DNA of 64,000 nucleotides from a virus (lineage: Duplodnaviria > Caudoviricetes). The stretch lies in IMG/VR virus record IMGVR_UViG_3300028888_000001. The stretch is one strand, 5' to 3'. Shown one piece after another: positions 41,831-51,937 of this stretch; the stretch's first letter is position 1; each line of letters opens with the position of its first letter. Position numbers and translations under genes: made by a program. The notes below the pieces were generated by a model. That model made no database searches and was not told where the DNA came from. It saw only the letters and a list, made by a program, of their open reading frames with translations.

Positions 41831-42571
41831 ATGAACCAGCAAAGGCTAGAATGTGAACGATTAATTTATAAAGTAATGGAGACACTTGATGATCCTAAGC
41901 ATCATAATAATTCAGCTCCAAATGTAGAATACTGGATCAATAAATTCTCTAAGATGTCTGATAAAGAATTTGAAGAATTTGTGTGCAAGCCATTAAGCTT
42001 ATATTATCAAACTGAAGGGTTACGCTATGAGCCATCTATGCTACAAATTAATAGAGCTTTAGATGTGTTAAACGTACCTCTACTAGAAGAAGTATATATG
42101 CCATATAAGTATAAAGATTCTAATGGTCGTCCTATGAAGACTAAGAAATGCTTAGTATTTTATCTTCATATTAAGAGAATGAAACAATTATTAACTAAGA
42201 AGAATGGTATGTCTATTTATACTAACACAAGAGATACTCGCACTGGGTTATTATCTGGTGTAGATAAGAATGGTAAATCTTCTGATCATGAGTTTGAATC
42301 ATTTGCTGTATCTGGACTATATAACTCTATGAAAGAGTTCTCTGGTATACGTGGTGATGCTATGAATGATAAATCTAGAGCTAATCAACAAATTAAAACT
42401 CTTGGTCAAGTACGTTTAGATGATCTAGCTAATGATAAAACTGATAGCTTATCTAAGAATACATTATCTGTATATTTTATTGGAGCACAAATTAATTCTA
42501 ATCTTGTAGATACCGATTATCTTACTCCATATACTTTAAAGCAAAAGAAACTTAGAATAGAAAGAGTATAA
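41831..42571 (+). CDS. RNA polymerase beta-like C-terminal fragment (probably virion RNAP)
   Basis: YLHIKRMKQLLTKKN...R..RTG...G..K....HEFE resembles the RpoB C-terminal YMLKL.H...K...GQRFGEME region; late-type promoter at 41773..41786. Confidence 0.6.
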   Translation: MNQQRLECERLIYKVMETLDDPKHHNNSAPNVEYWINKFSKMSDKEFEEFVCKPLSLYYQTEGLRYEPSMLQINRALDVLNVPLLEEVYMPYKYKDSNGRPMKTKKCLVFYLHIKRMKQLLTKKNGMSIYTNTRDTRTGLLSGVDKNGKSSDHEFESFAVSGLYNSMKEFSGIRGDAMNDKSRANQQIKTLGQVRLDDLANDKTDSLSKNTLSVYFIGAQINSNLVDTDYLTPYTLKQKKLRIERV

Positions 42572-42905
42572 TTTTTATAAATATTAAATTGTATAGACCA
42601 TAAATTGAAGAGAGGTTTTTAGGAGAGAGCGAGACGGAATCTCCATTGGAGATGAAGTCTCAACGCTCTCTCCTAAAGATATTTTTGTTAAAAAATAAAG
42701 ATTTTTGTCAAAAAATATTATTTTATTTGCAACTTAACACAATAAGTAATCAGATTTTTCTGAGTAGTCAATATAGTTATACTCCTTGGTACTGATGGAC
42801 CAGACGACCTCGTTGACCGCCTCGCAGAGTAGGGCCCCGTACGCACGGAGGGGCACTATACTATTATTCATTAAATTAATAAATTGTATTTTTTAGGAAA
42901 ATATT

Positions 42906-43919
42906 ATGATAGAACGGGATTTAGAAAAAATAGAAGATAACTTGTTATGCAGCATAAAATATAATATATTTATGGACTATGAGCAATTATCAAATTGCCA
43001 ATATAAGTATATAATGTATCCAGATAAAGACAATGTAAATATAGACACATGGAGAATAAGATATAATAAGATGGATATCGTTGAGTCAATGGATGATTTT
43101 ATGCTTAGAGCCATTGATCAATTTCCTATATTTATTGATAAGCAATATAAAGTATACTACAACGTTTTGTATAAGAGTACACATAAATTCAGCTATGGCG
43201 TACCATACTATCTAAGAAAAGTTTCAATCTTGTCAAATAAGAAGAATGACAAGAATGATAGTGGTAAATTAAAAGAAAAAGCTTTTGTGTCATTGAGAAC
43301 TCCAACGACACAAATAACAATGCCAATGTATAAATACAAAAAATTAAATACTCAAATATATGATCCATATTACCCGACGATTTTCAACAAATGCGCTTTA
43401 GGAGATATAAATCCTAATGAATATTTTGAGGAATTAAAAAGATGGTTTATTGTTGTACGACGATGCTATGATAGATCATATTGTCATTATAGATATTTTG
43501 GTGAAATTGGAATGACTATGCCAGATGCAATGTATTATAATATCAATGGTAAAATAAACAATTTTGGCTCTATGAGAATTTTTAAAAACTACATTAAGCT
43601 TACTAAGTATTGTAGAGAAAATGGTGTTATACCGATATATGGTTATATAGAACCTAATGATTATAATATGTATTGTCATATGAGATATTCGTTTAATAAT
43701 GAAGATAAGCTTATGATATCTAGATTTCCCACCGAAGTACAAACGGATATTTCATTTTCTCAAAATGCTAAGCAACTCGGTATGCCGTTTAATGATAGAA
43801 TAAACTATACTCCAAGTAAAGCCGGCCGTCCTAAAGGATCAGTTAATAAAACTCATAGAATGATTACTATCAAACAAGAGTCTAGAGATCCGTGGGATAT
43901 TTGGAAAGATAAATATTAA
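42906..43919 (+). CDS. free-standing protein related to the intron HNH-type endonucleases (nuclease core degenerate)
   Basis: YDPYYPTIF...W...RRCYD...Y..FG resembles intron-2 ORF; the DKD/YSP..C motif is not seen. Confidence 0.5.
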   Translation: MIERDLEKIEDNLLCSIKYNIFMDYEQLSNCQYKYIMYPDKDNVNIDTWRIRYNKMDIVESMDDFMLRAIDQFPIFIDKQYKVYYNVLYKSTHKFSYGVPYYLRKVSILSNKKNDKNDSGKLKEKAFVSLRTPTTQITMPMYKYKKLNTQIYDPYYPTIFNKCALGDINPNEYFEELKRWFIVVRRCYDRSYCHYRYFGEIGMTMPDAMYYNINGKINNFGSMRIFKNYIKLTKYCRENGVIPIYGYIEPNDYNMYCHMRYSFNNEDKLMISRFPTEVQTDISFSQNAKQLGMPFNDRINYTPSKAGRPKGSVNKTHRMITIKQESRDPWDIWKDKY

Positions 43920-44026
43920 ATCAAAAGTTGGTTATATAATATAAAATTGTATCTAAGAATAAACTTATAATTAATAAAAGTAATTTGTTCTTAAAGATAC
44001 AAATAAATATAAGGAGGATAAATCAA

Positions 44027-44188
44027 ATGGCAGACAAGCAGTATACTGTGTTACATGAAATTGGTGACTATTTCAGGGGTAGCAATCTAAACGAAACAGA
44101 TAACAAAGCATACAATGAACAGATGAGAGAAAAAACACAGAAAAACGAAAAAGACTTACCGAAAAAAGATAATAAAAACAATTTCTAA
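44027..44188 (+). CDS. small hypothetical protein
   Basis: ATG 44027 after AAGGAGG; hairpin 44198..44229 downstream. Confidence 0.65.
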   Translation: MADKQYTVLHEIGDYFRGSNLNETDNKAYNEQMREKTQKNEKDLPKKDNKNNF

Positions 44189-44258
44189 ACGAAATACTAC
44201 ACTGAGGGAGATTAATCTCCCTCAGTGTATATTATGTACAATAGGAGGATAAAAACAC

Positions 44259-45605
44259 ATGTTAAATATGACTATTTTTGGAGTTGGAGCTGCAGGTAAT
44301 AAAGCAGCTATCAATCTTATCGAAAATGGAATTGTTGCTCCTGAATATATCAAGCTTTTAAATACGTCAAGCAAAGATATTCCAGAGGAGTATAAGAATT
44401 CAGATATATTTGTAGCATTTAGTTCTGGCCTTGGAGGATGTGGTAAAGAATCTTCCAAAGGCAAAGCTGCTATAGTAAATGCTATGCGTAAAGGCACAAT
44501 TGATTTTGGAGATTTATTTAATGAAGATTCACAAGAAGTAGTATTAGTATCTTCCGTTGAAGGTGGAACCGGATCTGGGTCTGTACCTCAGATTGCTAAG
44601 TTCTTTATAGAAAATAATGTACCAACACATGTATTCGCATTGATAGGATTCCAGGATGAAGCTAGAGGTATCAATAACACTCTTAAGTTCTTTAAAGAGC
44701 TTCCAGATGGAGTTATTCTTCATACTATAAATAATGGATTTTTCTTGGATTATACTAAGAATTATTCCAAAGCAGAACAAGCAGCGAATGATGAGTTCGC
44801 TACAGAAATTGAAATTCTTAGGGGATCTAAATTGATCAACTCATCTCAGATTATTGATGATGCAGATTTATTGAAGATCAATACAGCTCAGCCTGGATAT
44901 ATGACTATCAATCATATCAATTTGGCTGGGATTAAAAATGTATCCGGATTCAATCAAGCAATTGTTGAGTCATTTGATAACAGCTGCTATCTTGAATCAT
45001 CTAACACGTGTAAGCTTATAGCTGTAATCGTGAACGGCGGTAGAAGAGTAAAAATGTCTGTTGATAACTCCTATGAAGTGATCAAGAGATACACCGGTAT
45101 GCCGCAAGAGCTGTTTCAGCATATTCAGCCAGATAATGATGAAGAGTATATTAATGACGAGTATATTGATATCATTGTTGCTGGAATGAAATATCCAGAA
45201 GAGTCTATACTGGATATGAGCAATAAGTATAAAAAACTTAAAGAACAGATGTCTGCTAAGAGAAAATCTTTTGATGATATCTTCGCTGACATCGATATTG
45301 ATGAGATGGATGATATTGATGCTAGTACATCTATAAAGTCTAGACTTAAATCATCTAAATTCAATAAAGATATCTTCGCTGATATACCTGAGATGGCAGA
45401 TGAAGATGATGCAGCAGTAGAAGAGAACCCCGCTACAGGGTATAAGAATACTAAGAGAGAAAACGCTGTCTCTAGAGTAAAAGAAAACCCTATGAGTCCT
45501 CCACAGGAGAAGAGCTTCAAACTCAAGAGTGGAGGAAATGCAACAGGCCGACTAATCGGATCATCGTCAACAGATTCAACTTCTGATGATATTAACAATT
45601 TTTAA
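44259..45605 (+). CDS. tubulin/FtsZ-family GTPase (PhuZ/TubZ-like)
   Basis: GVGAAGN, GGCGK, EGGTGSG signature, acidic disordered tail. Confidence 0.9.
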   Translation: MLNMTIFGVGAAGNKAAINLIENGIVAPEYIKLLNTSSKDIPEEYKNSDIFVAFSSGLGGCGKESSKGKAAIVNAMRKGTIDFGDLFNEDSQEVVLVSSVEGGTGSGSVPQIAKFFIENNVPTHVFALIGFQDEARGINNTLKFFKELPDGVILHTINNGFFLDYTKNYSKAEQAANDEFATEIEILRGSKLINSSQIIDDADLLKINTAQPGYMTINHINLAGIKNVSGFNQAIVESFDNSCYLESSNTCKLIAVIVNGGRRVKMSVDNSYEVIKRYTGMPQELFQHIQPDNDEEYINDEYIDIIVAGMKYPEESILDMSNKYKKLKEQMSAKRKSFDDIFADIDIDEMDDIDASTSIKSRLKSSKFNKDIFADIPEMADEDDAAVEENPATGYKNTKRENAVSRVKENPMSPPQEKSFKLKSGGNATGRLIGSSSTDSTSDDINNF

Positions 45606-45633
45606 TCAATATATCCAATTAAAGGAGACCAAG

Positions 45634-46602
45634 ATGTTACAAGCAATAGAACAATACTTTAAGGAGAAAGAGGCTTATGATAATAGTAGGCCAGCTCCAG
45701 TGGAGGTGAAACCAATGGAATCACCATTGTTCAATCATAGTATTCTGTTTAAGAATATTGAAGACAGAGATACAATGTCTGACAGTGAGTTAAGATATTT
45801 TATTCAGCGCAGCTTCCAAGCTATTATGAATAATGTATTCGACTCTTCTGTAGGTCAAAGATATATTCTTGCATTCCAGGATGAAAGATTTCTGGATGCA
45901 TTTATTGATGTATTATTACAGATGCAATTCTATGATAGTGACGTAATAGTGAGATTGAACTTGATTTGTTATCATTATCTTACATTGCCAGAACAGAGCA
46001 AACGTGCTGAAGTATCACAGCGTTTGCTAAAAATTTCTGGAATTATCAACCGTAATAAATTAATACAGATGAAGAAGTTTGGTTTGCAGCCTAACTTAGA
46101 GTCTTTGTTAATTATTGCAAGATTTTCAGATTTTGACCTAAACATCTGTGAGAAGAGAGTTAATCTTATGATGGTAACATCCCCGCAGATTTATAACAGA
46201 CTCGGGCTTGACGATCCATATGACGTAGCATCGGATGAAGCAATCCATTGGTTGGCTACATTGTTATTGGAATTATATAGAGTTGAAGATTGGACTTTTG
46301 TCCTTGGATATTTCATGCTCGACGTACTTCCAGAACACGATGAGTATAACAACCAGTGGGTAACTCCTGAAGTAGAAGCAGTTGATTCTGCTATGACTTT
46401 GGCTATACTCAAGATACTTGATGAGATGATTGATAATTCTGCTAAGCTTAGGGAAATCATGGTAACATACGCTGAAGGCTACAGAATTATCAATCAGAGA
46501 GCTCCGATTAAATTCAGTTTTCAGTCTATATCAGATGAATATCAGAGACTTAAAGCTGTTATAAGATATCTAGCTGAAGAGGAAAATATTTATGTGCCTT
46601 AA
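45634..46602 (+). CDS. hypothetical protein
   Basis: ATG 45634 after AAGGAG. Confidence 0.75.
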   Translation: MLQAIEQYFKEKEAYDNSRPAPVEVKPMESPLFNHSILFKNIEDRDTMSDSELRYFIQRSFQAIMNNVFDSSVGQRYILAFQDERFLDAFIDVLLQMQFYDSDVIVRLNLICYHYLTLPEQSKRAEVSQRLLKISGIINRNKLIQMKKFGLQPNLESLLIIARFSDFDLNICEKRVNLMMVTSPQIYNRLGLDDPYDVASDEAIHWLATLLLELYRVEDWTFVLGYFMLDVLPEHDEYNNQWVTPEVEAVDSAMTLAILKILDEMIDNSAKLREIMVTYAEGYRIINQRAPIKFSFQSISDEYQRLKAVIRYLAEEENIYVP

Positions 46603-46648
46603 GAGTTAGATTGATTATAAAACTAATATATCCAAGGAGGTTAATATT

Positions 46649-46930
46649 ATGACTATCACACATCTTATTCATAATGATCCGGATAAAGAGCTGAATATCG
46701 ACATGGACAAAGAGCCATGGGTATTTCAGAAAAAAGATGACGAGGTAGCACAGATCGCGCTTAAAGTAGATCATGACAGTATCTATATTAAAGACACAAA
46801 TGGTAGAGACATCGATGGATTCACTATCGTTTGCAAAGATGAGGATAGTGTGAAGATCATTTATGATATACTGAAAAGCGATATCGAAACGATAACAGCA
46901 GTATTTCCGAAAAAAGTTCTAGAAGATTAA
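46649..46930 (+). CDS. hypothetical protein
   Basis: 93 aa, AAGGAGG RBS; terminator at 46953..46982. Confidence 0.75.
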   Translation: MTITHLIHNDPDKELNIDMDKEPWVFQKKDDEVAQIALKVDHDSIYIKDTNGRDIDGFTIVCKDEDSVKIIYDILKSDIETITAVFPKKVLED

Positions 46931-47084
46931 GAGATATTATAGCTTGATATTCTACAGAGGGTGGAGAAATCCACCCTCTGTATTATTTTTAATATAAAAT
47001 TATCAAAAAATACATTTTTACAAGCCAGATTACATTCTTATAATGAAATATAAAGAGCAAATTATCCTCAAGGAGGTAAAAATA

Positions 47085-48317
47085 ATGTCTATATTAGCAG
47101 CTGCATTTAGGGAAGCTGTAAAGAAAACAAAAGACTATTCTCAGATAAATGAGATGAATTATTCTATAAGCTATCCTACAGGGTTTTTGAACCTTGATTT
47201 TGCAAATGGATATATACAAAATGTAAACGGTAAACTTAGATATGAACTTGGAATCACAGATGGATCTATTAATATGATTATCTCTGATTCCGGTTTAGGA
47301 AAAACCACATTAGCAACTCAGATAGCTTGCAATATCGCTAGACGATTCAAGTCGTCTACCATATTTTATGAGCAAGCTGAGGTTGGCACTAATATACAAA
47401 GAATAAAAAATCTATCTGGTTTCCAGACAGATGAAGAGTTTCGTAATAGATTTGTAATTAGAGACGCAGGTATTACAACAGAATCAATATTTGAGCGTAT
47501 CAAGATGATTCACGATATTAAATTAGAGAACAAAGACGAATACTTATATGACACTGGTCTTATAGATATGGCTAGTAAGCCTATATTTAAATTCGAACCA
47601 ACGATAATGATAGTTGATTCCCTTAAGCTAGTTATGTCAAGAAAGAATACTGAAGCAGATGAGACTAATAATATGACTGGAGCTACCAATGCCAAAGCCA
47701 ATTCAGAGTATTATATTAAGATGGTTCCATTATGCCGTGAAGCTAATATTATTATGCTTATCATAAATCATATTACGGTTGACGTTAATACTGGTTTTCT
47801 TCCAAAGAAATCAGAATTCCCATACTTAAAGCAGGGTGAGCACATTGCCGGTGGTAAAAGTGTGGTATATATTCAAAACAATGTATTCCGTCTTGATATT
47901 AAATCTAAGCTGAAACCAGAAGAGGGCTTTGGGATTACTGGATCTGTAGTAAATGTAGATATAGTAAAATCTAGAAGTAGCAAAACATCAAGAGCTAAAT
48001 GCTGTCTAGTGTTTGACCAGCTTACTGGATTTGATCCTGAGCTAAGTTTATTCTATATGCTCAAAGAAGAGAAACTTATTGAAGGCGCTGGTGTAAGCTT
48101 AAGAATCCCAGGGTGTGATATAAAATTCTCACAGAAGAATTTTAAAGAGAAGCTCTATAATGAACCAGAGTTATACAATGCATTTTCTAGTTTATGTGTA
48201 GAATATTTATCAAATATGCTGCTAGAAGAATATAACCAAGCTAGCAAAGAAGAACACGTAGGTGATTCTAAAAAGTCAGTATATGAAAACATGTTAGACA
48301 GGCTAAACTCCAATTAA
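47085..48317 (+). CDS. RecA/UvsX-like recombinase
   Basis: PTGFLNLD, SDSGLGKTT, IVDS, INH, GGKS; start after AAGGAGG. Confidence 0.85.
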   Translation: MSILAAAFREAVKKTKDYSQINEMNYSISYPTGFLNLDFANGYIQNVNGKLRYELGITDGSINMIISDSGLGKTTLATQIACNIARRFKSSTIFYEQAEVGTNIQRIKNLSGFQTDEEFRNRFVIRDAGITTESIFERIKMIHDIKLENKDEYLYDTGLIDMASKPIFKFEPTIMIVDSLKLVMSRKNTEADETNNMTGATNAKANSEYYIKMVPLCREANIIMLIINHITVDVNTGFLPKKSEFPYLKQGEHIAGGKSVVYIQNNVFRLDIKSKLKPEEGFGITGSVVNVDIVKSRSSKTSRAKCCLVFDQLTGFDPELSLFYMLKEEKLIEGAGVSLRIPGCDIKFSQKNFKEKLYNEPELYNAFSSLCVEYLSNMLLEEYNQASKEEHVGDSKKSVYENMLDRLNSN

Positions 48318-48345
48318 ATTAAATTTATCATAGGAGTGCAATCGC

Positions 48346-48693
48346 ATGATACAGGATAGGAATATATTCAAAAACGTCAATAGACGTAAAACTCCAGAAG
48401 AGAAGAAAAAAGAATTAAACACACCACCAGCTATCGTTGAAATAGATGGTTTATGTACTATGCTTAACATTGGAAAAAATACGGCATACAATCTGCTTAC
48501 ATCAAATGAGATAGATTCTTTTAAAGTTGGTTCTGTATGGAAGATACCAGTATCTTCAATAAACGAATACGTAGAAAGAAAATGCAAAGAGACCAAACTT
48601 GTGAAGATGTATGACGTAGTATCTAAAAATCGTGATCTTCATTTCGAGAGGTATGGAAGGATACCTATGATGTATCATGATCCTACAGATTAA
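48346..48693 (+). CDS. excisionase-like HTH DNA-binding protein
   Basis: LCTMLNIGKNTAYNLL...KVGSVWKIP pattern (HTH_17-like). Confidence 0.75.
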   Translation: MIQDRNIFKNVNRRKTPEEKKKELNTPPAIVEIDGLCTMLNIGKNTAYNLLTSNEIDSFKVGSVWKIPVSSINEYVERKCKETKLVKMYDVVSKNRDLHFERYGRIPMMYHDPTD

Positions 48694-48924
48694 ATTTTAT
48701 CACGTTAGAAATGCCATTATTAAGAGGGATTTCATTATTCATTCAGCTGCAGTAAGATATTGTTCATGAATACCTCCTTTCTAATATTATTAGTCTCTCA
48801 TTAATAATGGCTTTCTATATATTAAATTTTTTGTCGATTATATATTATAAATTTGAATGTAAAAATAACAAGCATGATATTATAAAATTTTACATTCAAA
48901 TTTATTTATAAGGGAGTGATAAAA

Positions 48925-50020
48925 ATGGCTTTTAATCTAGAGAATCAGATTCAAAATAATATTAAAGATTTACCGGATTACAACTATATGCTAGGTAGAA
49001 CTTTAATGCAGCCTTTTAAGCCTAGTAACTCTGGATCACGAGCATTGATGTCAGCTATACATGTTGAGCATTTAATGGTTCCATCAAAACCGGAAACCCC
49101 ATTAGTTCAAACCGGATATGAAACTGAATTTGGCGAGATGTCTACTAGTTATATCGAAGCTAGTGGTAATTGGGAAGTAATTTATAAAATAAACAAATTT
49201 TCATTTAACAACAATCATTATTATCTCATAGTAAGAAATCTAGAGACTGGTATATATGATGTGATTGAGAGAGTCACGTATAAACATAATACAGAGTCTT
49301 ATGGATATATGTGGGATAACAGTCGTATTGATGCGTTGAATATCGGAGACGTTATTAAAGATAAATCCATCATTAAAACTTCTAAAGGCTTTGACGAATT
49401 TGGAAATAAAATGAATGGAGTTAATCTATTAACGTTATATTTAAGCTGTGGACAGAATATGGAAGACTCGATCATTATATCTGAATCTGCAGCGAAAAAA
49501 CTTGAGACTAATCTGATAGAGAATACGTCGATCACCATAAATGATAATGATATACTATTAAATCTGTATGGTGATTATAATACGTATAAAACATTTCCTG
49601 ACATTGGGCAGAAAATAAACAACGGCATATTCTGTGCAATAAGAAGATTAGAGAATGAAAACTTATTATTCTCTCTATCTCAGCAGAGATTGAGAGATAT
49701 AATGATTTCAGATAGAAAAATTATAATGGATGGATATGTAGCAGACATCGATGTCTATTGTAACAATGTAGAAGCTCTTGGAGATTCTACTTATAATAAG
49801 CAGCTTTATAAATATTATCAAGAAAGAATTAATTTCTGTAGACAAGTATATGATCTTGTTGGCCCAATAGCATTAAATAACCAGATGACTTATGATCTAC
49901 AAGAGTTATTTGGAATTGCTAGAGATACCATTACAGGAAAGCAGTTTTTTAAAGAACGACAGTTTAACAATGTCATCATGGAAGTTACAGTAATGCATCC
50001 ACTGCCAATAATGGACGGAG
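48925..50020 (+). CDS. multisubunit RNA polymerase beta subunit C-half, exon 1
   Basis: QPF...SRALMS, GQNMEDSIIISES; ends just before the conserved GDK motif. Confidence 0.9.
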
Positions 50021-50516
50021 AAACTATATAGTTATCTCAGCGCATTTAGTAATAAGTGCGTTCCTACGGGGTTAATTGCAGGTAATTGGTAAAGCCTCGC
50101 ACCAAAGCGGAATCTGAAAAGATAGACGTAAAGGGACGAAAGTAGAAAAAACGCGAGGATGGTATATGGTTAAATGAAAAGTAAAGTGTATAGTCGGTAA
50201 TATACTTTACCCCTAAGTACTATTTAAAAATCCATGTTCTTGCAGCGAAACACCTAAAAGATTTTATCTCATGGTGGACGTTCAACGACTATCCGATGGC
50301 ATCGGAGTAAAGCCGCAAGCTAAAGGCGGAAGAAAAATCCCGGCCCTATTCTTATAGGGATGATAAATAGTCTATGCACGTTTCGAAAGAAAGTGACTTG
50401 GAATTGACCAAGCAATATATGTTGCGAATATATTGAAATCTGGCTCCCGTTTTAAATAAATACAATTTTCTCAACACCTCGGTAAATCTTAACTCGGAAA
50501 GGTGGTGAGAAATATC

Positions 50517-51722
50517 ATGAGTAATTCTACTTATATAAAAGGGTTTAAATATCGAATTTATCCAAATGATTGTCAAAAAGAAATTATAAATAAATTTGTG
50601 GATATGTATAGATTTGTTTATAATTGGGGTCTAGCTCTTGAAGAAGAGACATATCAAAAGTTCTTAAATGGAGAATCGGAGAAACGATTTTTATATTTCT
50701 TTGATCTATGCGCCGAATTTAAAAAGTTCAAATCTATAGAAGAAAATTCTTGGGTTTGTGAGCTTCCAAATACAACTGCGCGTTTAGCATTAAGAGATGT
50801 AATATATTCATTTCAAAAATTCTTTAAAAAGATAAATAGGTACCCAAAATTTAAATCTAAAAAGCGAAGTGTAAAAACTTTTAAAACTAGATCGGATAGA
50901 TTTTCATTTAATGATGATGGGAAGCTAAGATTTGAAGGCCTTCCTAAAGCATTTGTTGATGCTGCTTCCGATAGAGTTGATTTGCACTTCGATTGTGGAT
51001 TTAGAGATGAAAAATTTATACAGCCTTCTATTTCTATTGATAATCTTGGACGATATTGGGTTTCATTTTCTGTGGAAACTGAATGTGAAGTTCTTGACAC
51101 TCCAAAAACAGAACCAATAGGTATCGACTTAGGAGTTAAGACTACAATAACACTTTCTATAGGAGAGAAATTTAATAAACCCAAAGAAAAGTTAGAAAAA
51201 ATACAGCGTCAAATTAAGAAAGCCAATAGACGCGTTTCTCGTGATATTAATCGAAGATTTGCCGAATCAAGACGTACGAAAACCAAGTACGAAGATATAC
51301 CCAAAAGTAACCGCGCTATTAAGCGACAAGAAAAACTTTCTAAGTTATGTAAAAGACGGTATAATATCAAACGCAATTTCTATCATGAAACTGCTAAAAA
51401 GATAGTATTAAGGAATCCTGAAGGCATTGTGATGGAGACTATTCCAGTTCTTGAAACTATGAGAAAATATAAGAAAACAGCGAAATTTTTAGCTGACGCT
51501 GATTTCTATTTAATTACTCAAATTTTCAAAGAAAAATGCACGAAGTATTCTGTTCCGTTTATGCAAGCTGATAGATCATTTCCTTCATCGCAAATTTGTT
51601 CTAATTGCGGGTCAACTAGAAAAATTGGCGGTTATCATACTTATATTTGTCATAAATGTGGTATGAGAATGGATAGAGATATCAATGCTGCTATAAATCT
51701 TAGAAATCTATTCTTCGCTTAA
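50517..51722 (+). CDS. tnpB: TnpB RNA-guided nuclease
   Basis: KGFKYRIYPN HTH, IGIDLG (RuvC-I), IVME (RuvC-II), CSNC/CHKC Zn finger, DRDINAAINL (RuvC-III). Confidence 0.93.
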   Translation: MSNSTYIKGFKYRIYPNDCQKEIINKFVDMYRFVYNWGLALEEETYQKFLNGESEKRFLYFFDLCAEFKKFKSIEENSWVCELPNTTARLALRDVIYSFQKFFKKINRYPKFKSKKRSVKTFKTRSDRFSFNDDGKLRFEGLPKAFVDAASDRVDLHFDCGFRDEKFIQPSISIDNLGRYWVSFSVETECEVLDTPKTEPIGIDLGVKTTITLSIGEKFNKPKEKLEKIQRQIKKANRRVSRDINRRFAESRRTKTKYEDIPKSNRAIKRQEKLSKLCKRRYNIKRNFYHETAKKIVLRNPEGIVMETIPVLETMRKYKKTAKFLADADFYLITQIFKEKCTKYSVPFMQADRSFPSSQICSNCGSTRKIGGYHTYICHKCGMRMDRDINAAINLRNLFFA

Positions 51723-51937
51723 AGCTTTAACGGTTTATACAAATAGCTGGGTAGGTGTTGTATGAACTTTTGTACCGGGCACTGCTCTCGGGAATTTAAG
51801 TTCGTGGAGAATTGTATTTTATATTATAGTATTTACTCGGTATTTCGGAGCCGAGACTCTATTCTCCTTATTGGGAGGATAGGGGTTGCTATAGTATAAA
51901 TTAGTTTGACGAAGCGAAAAGGCGGGAGCCAAAGCAG
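51723..51937 (+). ncRNA. putative omegaRNA scaffold / element right end
   Basis: GAATTTAAGTTCGTGGAG...GACGAAGCGAAAA resembles IS200/605/607 right-end motifs; nested stems such as TTTATATTATAGTA/TGCTATAGTATAAA. Confidence 0.65.

Larger units (their letters stand above)
50021..51937 (+). mobile_element. group I intron carrying TnpB (IStron-like, no transposase)
   Basis: P AATTGCAGG, R TCAACGACTAT (~50282), S ATAGTCT (~50367); TGGCTCCCGTTTT (~50441) pairs with AAGGCGGGAGCCA (~51919) around tnpB; removal gives MDG-DKLSDRYGGKGVVSKI. Confidence 0.88.

Noticed and set aside
42790-42800. CTGATGG as a hammerhead ribozyme core
   Set aside because: It is not CUGAUGA and no matching GAAA with flanking stems was found.
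48346-48693. Excisionase-like gene as evidence of a prophage
   Set aside because: No integrase or host genes in the window; the HTH family is widespread as a regulator.
50502-51722. TnpB as a Cas12 effector or a plain IS inactivating the RNAP gene
   Set aside because: No CRISPR array or cas genes are visible; the ORF lies inside a group I intron whose removal restores the frame.
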